Below, one piece after another: positions 39,370 through 54,299 of a DNA stretch of 64,000 bases. Within the stretch, counting starts at the first letter, position 1. Every line of letters begins with the position of its first letter. Under the pieces are notes generated by a model that was not told the origin of the DNA, did no database searches, and saw nothing but the letters and a program-made list of their open reading frames with translations. Origin of the DNA: Camelus ferus (Eukaryota); assembly GCF_009834535.1 (NCBI RefSeq), contig NC_045697.1, positions 105,030,001 to 105,094,000 of the forward strand, in the 5' to 3' direction. The position numbers and the translations under genes were made by a program.

Positions 39370-40290
39370 TGACACCAAGACAAACAAAACCCATGGAATG
39401 GGAGAAAATAACTGCCAATCATATATTGGATAAGGGGTTAAAATCCAGAATAAAGAATTCCTACAACTCAACAACAGAAAAACAACCAATTAAAAACATG
39501 GGCGAAGAACTTGGACAAGTCTCCAGAGGACACATAGAAACGGCCAATAAGCACATGAAAAGATGCTCAGTATCACTAATCATTAGGGAAATGCAAACCA
39601 GTACCACAATGAGATACCACTTTAAAACCCATCAGGAAGGCCACTATCAAAGAAACCCAGCAAGTAACAAGTTGTCAGGATGTAGACACATTGGAACCCT
39701 TACGACCTGTTGGTGGGAAAGTCAAAAACTGTGGAGGTTCCTCAAAAAATTAAATACAGAATTATCAGATGACTCAGCAATCCTATTTCTAGGTATATAC
39801 CAACCCCCAATGGAAAGTAGGGTCTCAAAGAGATATCTGCACACCCATGTCCATAGGAGCGTTATTCACAATAGCCAAGACCCAAGAGTCTGTTGGCAGC
39901 ATAGAGACAGAGTGTGGTCTATACACACAATGGAGTATTATGTACCTTAGAATGGAAGGCAGTTCTGACACATGCTACAACGCGGATGACGATGGAGGAC
40001 ATTATACTAAATGATACAAGCCAGGCTCAAACAAATACTGTATCAGTCCACATACATGAGGTGCCTAGAGCAGTCAGATTCAGACAGGAAGGAGAATGCT
40101 GGCTTTCTGGCTGGGGGAGGGGAAATGGGAGTTTCCATGTCTAGAGTCTCAGTTTTGCAACATAAAGAGTTCTGGAGATTGGCTGCACCACAGTGTGAAT
40201 GTACTTGACTCTACTGAACTGTACACTTAATAATAGCTGAAGTAGTACATTTTATGTTTGTGTGTTTTACCACAATTGAAAGAAAAAAGG
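39370..40290 (+). mobile_element. Old L1 3' fragment; source of ORF 39369..39950
   Basis: Translation contains [28 protein letters not shown] and LWRFLKKL (L1 ORF2 C-terminus). Ends taccacaattgaaagaaaaa. Confidence 0.88.
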
Positions 40291-40354
40291 AATGACAAAC
40301 TCCTATACTGAAGTTTCTTTTCTCACTTCTCTAAAGTCCAATACAACTACACCT

Positions 40355-40458
40355 GTTTTTGAAAATTGAAGTAGTCAGTTATAATGTGTCAATATCTGGT
40401 GTACAGCACAGTGTCCCAGTCTTGCATATACATGCATATATTTGTTTTCATATTCTTT
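40355..40458 (-). mobile_element. ~100-bp L1 tail with diverged TSD
   Basis: L1 extreme 3' end (ttgaagtag...tctggtgtacagca...ttttcatattcttt) flanked by tacaactacacct (40342-40354) and tacaactgcatct (40459-40471). Confidence 0.75.
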
Positions 40459-41559
40459 TACAACTGCATCTTAGAGTGCTGTCTGATCAGCAATTGGTAT
40501 GCACTATCTTAAGTAGTCTAAACATGAGCCACTGAAAATGTTTAAGTGTTTTAACTCACCCTTTTCCAAGGTAAGGAAACAACCCAGATTTTGCCCTAAA
40601 TCAGCCACAGAAAACCAAGACCAAACACAGAAGACCAAAGGAGATGACGTTCTGTGGCTGCACGTGGAGATTAACTGTCATGATACTTAAGGTGTAATGT
40701 GAAAGTGATGGGTGAGAAAGGACTCAGGACCAGTATTACCAGTAAAACCATGACTTGAAACGCAAGATCAGCTCGGAAGCATCATGGCGGCCTTTGCTAC
40801 CAAATTCTCACATGTATATCTACAGCTCCTCAATGCCTAACACTCACCTATCCATCTGCCTACAGATCTCTCTCTCTCTAAGTAGCACATATACATGTAA
40901 ACAGTACATTACATATGTGTATATAATATATAATAAAGCTTCCACTGATTCAAAATTACTCATACATGGGTCTAGGTCCATAATAAAGTTTGTTTGGGGG
41001 TTATTTATAAAGTTTGCTAAGCCACTGTGATTTCTTAGCTGTACTGAAACACATAAGCACAAAACTTTGCAAGTTCTCTCAACCACATTCAAAACGCTCC
41101 TGTTACATGCATGCCATCACATCCCAGAAAGACTCGTACTTCTATTTATTAAAGCAGTTTTACTGGATAACACCTGACTTTTTTTTTTTTTTAAGTTTAT
41201 TGTTTTCCCTGTTTGCTGTGTGGCTTCTGACAGAGGTACCAGAAACCTCGTGAGCATCAGCACAAGCCGAACCAATCAGCCCTTCCTCCTCGTTGCTATG
41301 GTTACTGAACAGGTTTTCAGACTGGTTGCTAACTGACCTGTCCGCAGCTTCCGCCCCGCTGACCCCTCGTTCGCACAGTGTGGGACACACTTTTCTGGCT
41401 TGTCCTCTGTGTTCATTGTTTTGTCTCCCTGTCTCACCTCTGTGGTGCCTTCTCGTTTTGGGTTCCTTGGTGGTTATCTTCCCCCGGGGTTCAGTTCTAT
41501 CCACCATGTTGCCAAAACAACACCCACGCAGTTCTATTGACCCCGCCCCCCAGGCTTCA

Positions 41560-42620
41560 GGGACCACCACGTGCAGTACCTCCTGAAGGGGCATCAGCAC
41601 TTCGCTTCCTCATCCTCATCTCCGCAGAGCCCTGAGCTCACCTGCCGTCTCCCCTGGTCACCTCAAATCTGTGCACCCAAACCACATTCATCATCTGCCC
41701 ACAAAGCTCCTCCCCTTGCACCCCCACCACCACCCAGCCCCAGTGCTGGTGCTGCCCCACCCACCAATCTATGCCTGAATCCTGAGGGTCATCTTAGACC
41801 CACTCCGTCCTCTCTGAACCCCCACGTCCTATCCACCACCAAAAGCCATCCATCCGACCACCTGACTATGTCCTTGTCCCCCTGCCCCTGCGCTAACTTA
41901 GCCCCCAGCCCCCGTCCTGCACCAGATCCTAACTGGCCCTCTGCGCCTCCTCTAACAGACTCTCTAGATCAGGACTGTCCAATACGACCATCTGCACTGC
42001 CCGAGATGCTGGCAACTAGCCACACGTGGCTGCTGAGCACTTGGGATGTGGTTTCGTGTGACTGGGGGCTGAATTTTAAATTTTACTAAATTTACATGTC
42101 AGTAGCCATCTGTGCCCAGTGGTTACCACATTGAAAGGGTCAGCGCTAGTCTCCATAGATGTGCTCAAAACCCCCAACGTGCTCTACAGATCCTTTCACT
42201 GTCTCCATCCTTCTTTCTCTCCATTCTTTCCTGACGTTCTTGGATACAATGAAATTCTCCATTTCTCCAAATCACCATGTGCTTTCTCCCTTGGGATATT
42301 AACTCCTTTGCTTGGGTTAGCTTCCCTCTGCCTGTCTGGCCAACTCCTGCTTCGCCTTTGGGGCACAGCTTGGGCATCACGTCCCTCATCTCATGCCCTG
42401 GCCCATCTCCTCCCTGACACTCCCCCTTCTGGATACCCTACCTATAGGCCTTCCAGTCCACATCGAGCACCCATCACACCGTGGTCAGGTTCTCCGCTTA
42501 CTTGTCTCCTCTGCTCCCACTACACTGCACACTCTGAGGGCAGGGACTGAGTCTCTGGCCGTCATTGTACCCTCAGCACCAGCACAGTGCCTGGCCTAGT
42601 GGAGGCTGCTGTGCGTGCAC
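41560..42620 (+). mobile_element. L2 relic, interrupted by a MER3-like element
   Basis: Pyrimidine-rich L2 motifs ending ctgagggcagggactg...cagcacagtgcctggc. Confidence 0.6.
41965..42150. mobile_element. MER3-like hAT-Charlie MITE
   Basis: ctgtccaata...actagccacacgtggctgctgagcacttg...tgaattttaaatttta...agtggttaccacattg. Confidence 0.72.
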
Positions 42621-45600
42621 CTGCCTGCCCGGGGCCCCTTGACATTGATCTTGGCAATGATTTTTTGGATATGACACCAGACACACAAGTGACAAAAGCA
42701 AAGTTCAACAAGTAGACTACATCAAGCAGCAGTCTCCCAGGGCATCAACAGGAGAGCCTGGAGAAACACAACCGCGGTCACGGAGCAGCAATGCCCTTAA
42801 CCATGGACGTAGTGAACAAAGGAGGTCCAACAGACAAGGGCGCCCTTTGCATCCACAGGGAGTCATGTCTCCCAGCTGGGCTTCATGGCCCCATTACCAG
42901 CACATGAAACATACCAGTCCTGGAACCACCCAGTCCTTCCCACACCACACCCAAATCATCCATTCCCTATTTACCCACAATATCGAAAAACTACAACATT
43001 CTGACCAATTATTTTTCCCTTTTCCCCATTTTTATCTTTAAATATGTTTGATGCATTTTTCAGCTATAAAAACATAAAGAAAAACTTTTTCAGATGAAAA
43101 TTAGCACTCATTGGCACAATTCACCAAGGGCAATGCATTCAGAACTCTGCTATACCCTTGAAATGAGAAATCTGTAAAGGCAAACACCAAAATAAGGCTG
43201 TAGAAAGAGTTGCTGTGAACCATTAGTAACTGTCTCATTGGTTTCACCAACTAGACAAAGAAGAGAGTCTGCTATGTCAATTACTCCGTTAATTTGAAAT
43301 CTTTACCCATGTAGGTTTCTCTTCCCCGAGGACTGGGTCTTTCTCCCTCCCTGGTGCCCTGGAAGATAAGGCTTTGCTGGCTTAGCTGACTCTGACACAA
43401 ACAACTCTTCCTTTATTTAGAATCTATCTTAGTCACGGTCCTGTCAGAGAAGGAGGCAGTGTAACACTGCTAACAATTGTATTAGGTGGTGGTCTCACCC
43501 GGTGAGATAGAATACAGCTTTGCATCTTGATCTCTCTCTCTCACACATACACACAGGGGTGGTACTGCCAGCTCTGGGTACTTTATTACAGATACAGAAT
43601 CAAATAACCTCACCTCATTGTAACCTGAGTGAGGGGAAGGGAGGAAATGTGCCTCCACACGCTGAGGCAGCCTGGCCAGGCATCACTTATCAGCAGTGTT
43701 TTGACAACACGAGGACAAGGGTTTTCCGTTCCCCAACATCAGTCCTTCCTGATGGTGACCTCCCAGCAGTCTGCCCTCATCTCCATCACAAAACCCCTTT
43801 CATGCCCTCAGTGAATCACAAAGCATCTCAAGCACACCCAACATGTTCTAATACCATCAGGCTCCCCTGCTAAATGGCAGGACGGACGCACAGGAAGTTG
43901 ACTCTGGGGGGCACTGACACTTGAAGTGCCTTGGAAAGGCTTCTAAGTGACCGCAGGCTATGTGATTTGCTACCAGATGACTGCCCCACACTGTAGATGG
44001 CCTTTTCTACCCACTGCTCTGCTTGGTCTTGAAAACTGCCGACTGTCGCTCCTTGAAGGCACTTGCCATGTACTGGAGTGTCTCTGTCCTTAGAGGAAAC
44101 TAAAACGGCCTGATGGATACTCTTTGGTGGTGCAGAGACACGGTTTTGGGGAAACCCAAACATCATCTTGGAAAAGGGGAAGCAGAGTGGTGAACATGTG
44201 TTCGGCGCCTTAGTACCTGTGTTATTTCATGCACTTCTAAAAATTCCCTCTAAGATGGCTATTAGTCCCATTTTAAGAAACTGAGGGCCAAAAACTTTAA
44301 GTGAAGCGCCCAAGCTGACTGAGATAACTGTTGGTGGAGCAGCACAGGCCATGTTCTCTCTGCTGTCCCCAGAGGTCACAAGTCTGTGGCAGACTCCTTA
44401 TGGGGCCTCAGAACTTTCCCGGAGGAGACGCTGACTGTGAAGATGTGAAACAGAGTCAAACGTGAAAGCAAGGAACAGTCCAAAGGGTGGATCCACCCTG
44501 CTTGGGGCTGGCAGGCTTCAGTGTGCAGGAAGAAACGCTTAAAATAGGTTGGTTGCTGCTCTCAAAACCACCTTGAGTAATAGTCTTGGTGGAGATGGCC
44601 AACACCACTGCTCAAATGCAAAAGCACCCGCTCATTAAATGAGCAATGGGGACTTCAAAATAATGTGTTAACAGCCCTGGCCGTTTGCAGTAATGTCTCT
44701 TTTGTTGGTGACTGTGTCACTGAAATGTAACAGTCTCTCCATGTAAACAGTGGAGTCTCCCAGAGCCTCCGGTGTGCATGTGGAGCAGGTGCTGTATCAC
44801 CAGACGTTCTGCTCCCATCGCACCCACCTTCCCCTTGCGGGAGGGAGCCTGGCTGGAGGAGAGCCACTTGGGTTGTGCAGCCTTCTCTCTGCAACCACAG
44901 AAAGCAACCGCTCAGCAACAAGACCCTCTGGTCACAACCAAGGGAGACACCGGTGCTCACCCAAGCAATGGGTAGGTTCTTAGCTGGGTTTAATGATTAT
45001 CAGGAGAGACAAAAACCTCCCACCGAAGCCGGCTCAGCTTATGGTGAGGCCGACCCAACATCTGGTTTTGGGAACTGCTGAACATGTGTGACATTTGAGC
45101 ATCAACACCGGATTCGCTGCCTTCAAGATGGAACCCCGTGCCTCACAGAAACGATGCATTCCAGAAGATGGCAGGGAAGAGCCAAATGAGTCTGGAGAGC
45201 TGGAGTGAGCGTGGTGCAGCTGCTTCCAATGTTCCTCGGGCTAATCTGCTGATCTCCAAAGATGCAGCCCAGCCTGAACCCCAGCAGCTGTGACCAGCCT
45301 GAAGCGCCCCTGCATCAGGCGGGTGGTGCCGGGATGACCATCAGACAGTCAAGAGGGTTCCAGCTGTCACTGGCTACCTAGGGACCTTGAGAAATCACTC
45401 TCTGGACCTCTGTCTCTTCTTCCATGACATAAAGATTCTCTGAGACCCACCCCCCAGGTCTTCCATGACATGACCTCTGCTCAGCACAGCTGGCGCCCAG
45501 ATCTTCTCAACAAGGGTTTCCAGCAACTCAGAGTAAACATCGGGGAGCCCAGAACGCATGGTGTGCTCACCTCTTCAGGCTCTCAGCCCCCTGTACACGG

Positions 45601-47189
45601 CTATCTGATTGCCCTGAGCCGGCGGAAAGCTCCTGGAGGCCAGGCCAGGCCAGGGGATTCCCCTCTAGCGCACTGCCTGATGCTTTTAGACACTGATGGA
45701 TTTGCTGAATGAGACGAACCTCTCCTCTATCAGAGCAAGTGGGAATCCTAAGGACAGGAATGGGGATAATGAGAATCACACTCGTCTTACAGGGAATTTG
45801 TAGAAGTGCCCGAAATAACACAGGTAATCAGGCACCCTCTATGTGACAGGTGCCGAACACACATTCACCCCTCTGCTTCCCCTTCTGAAGGAGATGATCC
45901 TCTTTCTCCATCAGAGCAAGTGGGATTCCTAAGGACAGGCATTCTGTTTACACTTGCCCCTCTGGTCCTAGAACGGGGTAGGGGCTCACTGACAGGCATG
46001 AAGTGCACACGTGTGCTCTCCAAGGTCCTGCTGCCCAGGAGGCCGGTCTCGGCCCCTCGCTGCCTGCTCCTGCCTTGCACTGCGCTCTCACTGTGTTTCT
46101 AGAATCCCAGCTATTTGAGGGTTGGGTTGGTGTCATGGATTCCTTTTCCATCCTCTGTAGTCTCATCCGTTTTGCCAGGCCTGAGACACCGTGCAGGCCG
46201 GTGTGTACCCTGAAATAGTCAATTACAACAGCACAACCTTGCAACTGTGGAACAGAAGAAGGGCAATTTTTTTGCCTCTAGGAAATGCTATTAATATTAT
46301 CATTTAACGTTTTCTTGCTGTTCTACACACTGATTATCACATAAATAAATAGCCTTTGATCTCCATGAATGAACAAAAGTTACCAATGAATTCATTAGAA
46401 ATGAGCCTCTTAAACCCATAGGAAATTAACTGTCACTCCTAGCAATAGCTAGAAAACGACCAGTAATTCTCCATTCTCCCTAGAAGAATAAGGAATCTAT
46501 ATGTTGTACAGATAACGTCCAAATGTTCTCAATGCAAGAACACGCTTCCTAGGAGCCTGACCACAGCTGCTTTCTGGGAACCTTTTTTGGAGTGGAAGAC
46601 TTGTTCGAAGGGCTTATGATTCATTCAAGTTACTGACCGACTCAAATACTCAACTGCCAACCTGTTCTTCAGAGAATGTTCCCTTCACTCACCTTGGCAC
46701 TGCTCTGCCAACGCGTGTGTGCACCATGTGGGAGAAAACCATGCGTCCCAAGAGCCACAGATGTGTGTCCTGAGGGCTGGCGTACCATGCATGCGATTTA
46801 AGCAGTACTCTGACTTACATGCACAGGGCTCTTGTTTGTGGGGCCCTTAGGAACATATGCTCCTTTTCCACAAGGTGACCAAAACGAGGCTCCGAGTACA
46901 GAGCCTGTCCTTGTGAAGCTCTTTGTTCCCTAGAAGAAAATTCCACAAACGTTGACTCACTAATTCACTCTAATGAAAAAGCAGTGGGCAGTCTCAAGTC
47001 CGAGTCACCGAGGGGACTTAGAAAGGTCCCTCCAGACTTACAATGCATTTTCCAATGTTCTGTCCGGGATGGGAATAAAAATAGAGCATCCAAGACGCGT
47101 CTGTTAGGCTACTTCTAAGAGCAAACATTTTTGATAATTTAAAATAAAGGTTTTAGGATTCAAGTGATTCCAGTGATTCCCCAAAGAAT

Positions 47190-48460
47190 GTCCTCCTTCC
47201 AGCCAAAGTGGAGCAAGGCAGATTGGATTTACCTTTCTGCCAGAAACAACCAAAAATGCTCAGGAAAAAAAGACATGAAGAAATGGTTTCTGAGACCCTA
47301 CATGTCAGTTCAGTGAAGGACAGTGGTCTCTAGAAGAAAGCAGAGGAGAAAAGTTCTGTGACACTGGCTGAGGCAAGCATTTCTTAGCTGCAACGCCAAA
47401 AACATGACTCACAGAAGAAAAAAAATCGACTGGACTTTATTATAATTTAAAACTTTTGCTCTTCAAAAGACATTGTTAAGAGAATGAAAAGATAAGCCAC
47501 AGACTGAGAGAAAATACTTGCAGATCACATAACTTATAAAGGAATTGTATCTAGAATATAGGAGGAACTCTCGAAACTCAAAAATCCAATTAAAAACAAA
47601 CAATCCAGGTTTTAAAAAATGGGCAAAAGAGTAGAACAGATACTTCAGCAAAGAAGATGCGAAGAAGAGGAATAAGCACGAGAAAAGATCATTAGTCATT
47701 AGGGAAATAAACACAAATTAAAACCACAGGGAGACATCACCACACAGCGATCAGAATAGCTAAAACTACAAAGATTGATCATACTGAGAGGCAGCAAGGA
47801 TGTGGAGCAATCTGAACCCACACACACTTCTCAAGGGAAGGTTCAACTGTCCAACCACTTTGGAAAACAGTCTCGTAAACAATGAAAACACACCCACCAA
47901 AGGACCCAGATCTCCAACAGCTACGTATTCACTCAAGGAAAAGAGAGTGACGTTCACACAAAGACGTACACACAATGCTCAGGGCAACTGTATCCGTACT
48001 AGTCCCCAGTCTGAGAAGCCACCCAAATGTCCATCAGTAGGTGACGGGACTACCAAAATGAGGCACGTCTTCACGATGGGACACTGCTCAGCAGTGAGTA
48101 GGAATGAAGTACTGACATAGGGCAACACCAGTGGATGACTCCCAAAGCAATTACACAAAGTGAAGGGAGCCAGATACAAAAGACCACATGCAACGTCATT
48201 CCATTCATGTGAAACACCTGAACATACAAACGAATCTAATTGCCAGAAAGCAATGCAGAAAGCAGCTGGGGAGCAGTAGGGAGCAGGAAAGGTTAAAAAA
48301 AAAAAGGCACAAGGAAACTTTCAGAGTGATGGGTCTGTTTGTTATCCTGAGGTGATGACTGTTTCATGGGTGTATAACATGTGTCAAACTTCTCTAATGG
48401 TACGCTTTAAATATGTTCAGTTTACTGTGTATTAATTATACCTTGATCAAAAAAAAATAC
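47190..48460 (+). mobile_element. Old L1 (L1MC/MD-like) fragments
   Basis: Motifs ttaaaacttttgctcttcaaaagaca, aaaatgggcaaaaga, accactttggaaaacag, cccaaatgtccatca. Ends with an A-rich tail. Confidence 0.8.
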
Positions 48461-50309
48461 TAAAAACACATTGATTTACCCTGGGGAATTTTGCAGAAAA
48501 TCATCATTTATGGGTTGGCCATTTGGCAACTGTTCACTGAGTTCCTATCTCGTGCCGAGCACTGTGCTGGCGGTAAAAACAAGCGAGCAGAAGACAGTTT
48601 GACACTGACCACTGGGGTGGCCTCTGGGGGCTCTCCCCTCCTATTGTGCGTAAGGCTCAGAGATTCTGAAAGACTACAGATCAACAAGTGTGAACTTCGG
48701 CTGTCACTCTCCTTACGTGCAAATTGCTTCAACATGTATCACCCCTTTTCATGTGTTGTGACCACAACTACATACTCATTTCGCAACTGCCCTTGCGCCT
48801 GCCTGAGCATTTGAACAGATAAGAGAATTCATCAAGAATTACACCTCCTGCTCCCCGCTCCTCCCACCCCGGCTCCACGAAGAAGGGCTTTTGACAAAAC
48901 CAACACAAGAAAGAAACCAACAGAAAAAAGTAACCACGCTCCTGTTCCCAGGGAGAGCGTCCCATTTCAGGCTCTAGTTCCCCTTCTTTTAGTTGGAGTG
49001 TGGGAAACATCGTTTGCTGTGTTCTCCAAAGTCATGTTGACCATCATCACGGATTCCCGAGATTTTCCATGAAACTATGCTTTTAGGCCACTGATAATTA
49101 GCACAACTATGGATCACTGAATTCACCTTGGGGGGGTTTGACTCTTATCACATGAGAAGCCTGGAGAAAGCAAAGGCCAATGTGCTACACGCTGGGTCTT
49201 CAGTGTGAAAACCTGGAAAGGGACATTCTTTTATCAATCAACCCACTCCGCTGGCGCAAACAGATCTCTAAAGCATTATTTCTGTTATTTCAATTGTAAT
49301 ACTATTCCAATATTGGTCACCAATTTTGTCAACATCTTCCTTCACAACACAGAAATATCTGAAAAGGGATTTCTCATACAAACCGTATGGGCTGAACTCG
49401 GGCAATACATTTTCCAAAAGCAAGTATGGAAAACTCCCAAATAGAAAAACACTGAATTAGCATGACTGTGTACAACTGTTTTTTTTTTTAAAAGCCAGAA
49501 CTGGAGAAACGGCTTACAAAGTGAAACAAGAAGCACATTTTCCGGGCCATAAGAAAGCAAGCGCTCCAGATCACTATTTCACAGAAACTGCTAACACACA
49601 CCTCGGCTACGTCTGTAACTGAGTAAATCAGGAACAAGCTCCGAGTTTACTTTCCATGTTTACACAAGAAAGGGGACTCCTATGAAGAACAGTGACTAGA
49701 AAATCCCAAAGTTGGCAAAGAACGAGATGATCCCAGCCGGCCCCAGGACCACTAATAATGTTGCTGAAAAATGCGGTTATTAGATTAACAGTTGTGGAAG
49801 GCGGACACTATTTAGGCAATGTGAAAGCACACATTTTCATTAAGCAAACATTTCCTAAATTGCAAGCAGAAAATGGGACACTTGCTTGGACACCTGCGGC
49901 AAATCTGAGGGCCTGCCCTGGCCCAGAGCTCAGGGGTTTTGCTTTTAGGAGGTACTTCCATCTGTGGGCATTTGTGGCCCACATTATGAAATTCATTGTT
50001 CAGCCGCAGCTGAGTCGTTCACGTGAGAGTCTGGATAAGCCAGGTGTGGACCGCACGGTGAAGTCATCTGCCTGCTGTATTATGGGGATGGCGTTATGAT
50101 TTAAAGGACTGTATTATACCCAGGAGTGCGTTACCTTCTCCTTATCTGTACGTTTACCATAGGCTTCGATATTTGAAACACTACGTACTGGAAAAGCCAC
50201 TTACATTTCTAGAACAGACTGGATTTTCTGCAACCTTTCAAAGGTATTCTGAAGAAACACTGCCTTCCTACTCAGTTTCAACTCTTGCTGCCTTCCACTG
50301 GATAATTCA

Positions 50310-50609
<300 letters not shown>

Positions 50610-50819
50610 TTAGCATCTTTGTACTTAAATGGCTTGGAGTATTTTGACGTCACAGGCTCGCACTTGCAGATTGCTCCTGAACCTCAGTTATCGCATTTAT
50701 GACTAAATATGGCAGGTACAGAACGGTGAGCCCTCATAGACATACACATACAAAAGAACAGTAATAGACCTATTGGGTATATGTTATAATGCGCTTTGCT
50801 TCTACAAGCTCGCTTAACC

Positions 50820-50960
50820 TTGACATCCATCTTCATTGTATTATTCACATTTTACAGAAGTGGAAACTGAAGACTGGAGGTTTAATCACAATAAATAAAT
50901 GGCAGAGAAAGGTTATAAACCTAGGTCTGTCTCCAAAGCCTGTCTTAACCACAACACTAC
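50820..50960 (-). mobile_element. MIR relic
   Basis: cattttacaga...gaaactga...aacctaggtctgtctccaaagcctgtcttaaccac. Confidence 0.6.
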
Positions 50961-52329
50961 ATTGCCTCATGGCCTGTCGTCAAACTTTTTATGAATCCTA
51001 ACTTGCCAACAGCTCAGAGGTCGGGAAATACACTTTAATTTTCCAGAAAAACTGGAAGAGCCCCAGACAATCTAAGCAGAGGCTGGACTTAGAAAGCAAC
51101 ATCTTCGTATTCAAGTTCCAATGTCAAAGACACACGGAGAAACTGGCTGTCTACCAGGGGGACTCCGTGCTGCCAATAAGCACTTTCCATTCTCTTTGCT
51201 CTGAGGTCACATGACCACCGAGGTGCTGTCACGTGACCACCCAGACACCTGATGGCGAGCCTGTGCACTGGGCTGAGTGTGTGATATGTAACACAACAGA
51301 GCTTGGCACGTGAGGCAAGATCAAAAACTTTGAAAGAGAAGAGAAAGAATGCTCATCTTTACCTTCAGTAAGATAGAAAATTAAGGATTATGTTTTCTTC
51401 TATCCTTCTATGTAGTGGCTAGCTTTTCTGGTTAAATGAAAAAAAATCTCACAAAAAATAATACTTTGACATCAGCACTGCGAAACATATCAAGTGCTTC
51501 CGTCACCTGCCGGAAGGGGAGGCTCATCCGAGGACACAGGTGAACACATTTTATGGAGAAGGGGCACACCTGCACCTGCGTTCTGGAGGGGGACGTAGGG
51601 TAATGTGTCAGCTACAGGTGTCCCCTTTGAAAATCTACGTACATGTTTGCTTTCATTCATTACAGCCCATATGTACTTATGTTTCTGCTTTAACTTTGAG
51701 AAATGAAATCACTTAGAACTTTTTTTAGAAGATGAAGACAATAAAAATTCATCTTGTGATATTAATATTCCGAGTCAGAAATTGCTTTCATTTCTTAACT
51801 GCACATCATACTTGCTAATTTATCATAACTGGTATAAATAATAATTTTATTGGGCCACCAGCACTTTAGAACGGCTAAGTACATTCTTGAGTGTTATGTG
51901 TAACCCTGGGAGTCAGGCACACCACCGTTTCTAAATAGACCCAGTTGTCCTGTATAAAGAGGTGAATTATCTTGTCAATTAGCTTCACACATTATGCTAA
52001 CACTCTTCTCCTTGAGTTTAACTGTTGAGGCTTTTGATTTGTGGTTTATCTAAGTCTATTTTTGTGGGGGAAGAATAAACCCCTAATAGCAACTGCAGAA
52101 ATTCCTGAGTCTGCCACAGTGTTAGTTGTGGTTTCAAGTATCTGACATTCACATTCATAAATGTGAATGTCATCCATTATGTAACAAAGAGATTATTTTT
52201 TTTCCCTTTAAAATTAAACCCTTGGTTTAAAAGTATAAAAAACATAAAGGATGGAGACAACCAGAATGTTAATAGTAAAACTATAGGTCCACTTTCTACC
52301 AAAATTTTAACCCACATATAAACATTTCT

Positions 52330-52435
52330 TTTAATCTTTTAATTGCTGTATAGTTGACTTATAATGTTGTGTTAGTTTCTGGTATCCAACATAGTGATTC
52401 AGTTGTACATATATATACATGTTTATTTATTTTTT
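52330..52435 (-). mobile_element. Short L1 tail
   Basis: gtatagttgacttataatgttgtgttagtttctggt...catagtgattcagtt, the same tail family as 1561-1746. Confidence 0.75.
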
Positions 52436-54299
52436 TAAGTTTAGAAATTTTACGGAGGAGAAATTGATTTGAGAACTAGGCTCCTGCTTCTTCATTCTTT
52501 AACCATTGAATAAAACCTGTCCTGTTCCAGTCTAAAAAAAAAAATATATATATATATGGAGTAAATCTTTATTTTTTCAATATCGATACTTACAAATGTC
52601 ATACATTAAAAAAATCACCTAAGCTTAGCACAGCGTGACTCCATGTCACTACTGTATTTCAGTGCTATTTGGGATAGCTACCAAGATGAACCACAGGTCG
52701 TCATAGTCCTGATAGCTGTGTTATCAAAAGTTCTCAAGATTATGAACAACCTGTGTCATGTATTACTTGCATTTTACTGCTGGGATTGAAATATATTGTA
52801 CCATTTTCCCAGCCAGACATTTCAGAAGTTGAAACAAACCCACAAATAAAGAGAACTTAGGCAAAACCTCAAATTTTGGAGGTCTGCCCAGATTTTCTGA
52901 ATTTACTTATTAAATGCAGCAGGGCGGCTGGAAACCACCCAAAATCTATGAGCTGGAGAGGAGCAGAGACAAAGGGGTAGAAGAGGGTCTGCCCTCCTTA
53001 CTCTACGTGAGCAAAACGGAAACGATCTTTTCTTGGTGTCACTGCTGGAAAACTTTCCTGATAGACTGGACATCAGGTGTGTGATCTGACATTCTAAATA
53101 AGAAGAAACATTTTCATATGTTCCATCACAGATTATTAAAAGAAGCATACTGAAGCCTGCAGTTTTCATGATTCATAAAACTCTTTACTTCTGTTTCCCT
53201 GCTTTTTTATTTTGCTTTTTCTGCATCTACAAAAAAACAGCACTGTGCTATTTGGAAGCTAATGAATTGATTTGGGAAGTTTCAAAATGATCTCAGAATT
53301 GATTATAGGCTGACTGATTAAATGGATGTAAAAGGATAAGACATCGATTACAATTGAGTGGTCAAAATTGATAAAGAATTAGTATCACACGCATTTTTAG
53401 GGAAACATTTAAATTCTATCGTTCATTTGATATAATTAGTTTTTTTAATATTTTTCTAGGACTCATGGTTAATAACATAGCTTGGAAACGGGAATAAAAA
53501 TCACTGTCACTGAACTGAAAGATCACATTCCTAAAGTTTTATTCCAGAATGGATAAACTGGACAACTCAGAAACCTTGAGGAACAGTGGGGAGGGTAGAA
53601 GGGCCTGGCTCTCCTGACCCTGCAGACGAGGGGCTGGAAACAGAGGTCCCTGGACATGGGCTGAGTGGACAGTGAGGAATGGTGGGGCCTGCGGCAAACT
53701 GGGGAGAGCACGGGCTGCCCTGTGCAATCAAATTCAACAAAAATAAAATAAGACTAGAGGCCTAAAGCAACCTTGAAAACCTTGCCAGCCAAACAAAACA
53801 CAGCTGTGAAGTGCAGGCCGCCCTCCCTACCAGGCTGCTGAGCTCTCCTGCTGCTGGAGTCCAGCCAGGCCTGCTCGCCCTCCCAGATCCCTGCTGCGGT
53901 CACGTGCCCCCAGCCTGCATCCCGCCCCTGCATTCCTGCTCTGGGGGGAATGGGAATCGCTGGCAGCCAAGGCCAAAGCCCTGGGTTTGAGTCCTAACTC
54001 ACCAAGGAGACTGGCACAGATCACACCTCGTGCCTCTGTCTTCTCCACTTCAGAAGTCAACTCTCAATCCTGCAGGGTTGTTTTGGGCATTAAATTCGAT
54101 AGATGGAAAAACACCTTGGAAACTGAGAGATGCTAAACACAGTAGAACCAGTACTGACCCACATCTGCTGCTGCCATCTCCTTTCCTGTTCTACCCGACC
54201 CAGGCTCAGCCTTCCCCAGCCCAAGCCCCTCCTTGCTGGAAATAACAGCTCTTCTGATCCATTCTATCCTTAGTACTTGGCTATGGACGCCAGTTTGAT

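Noticed and set aside
39369..39950. Longest ORF in the track (193 aa)
   Set aside because: Decayed L1 ORF2 C-terminus that drifts out of frame. Not a host gene.
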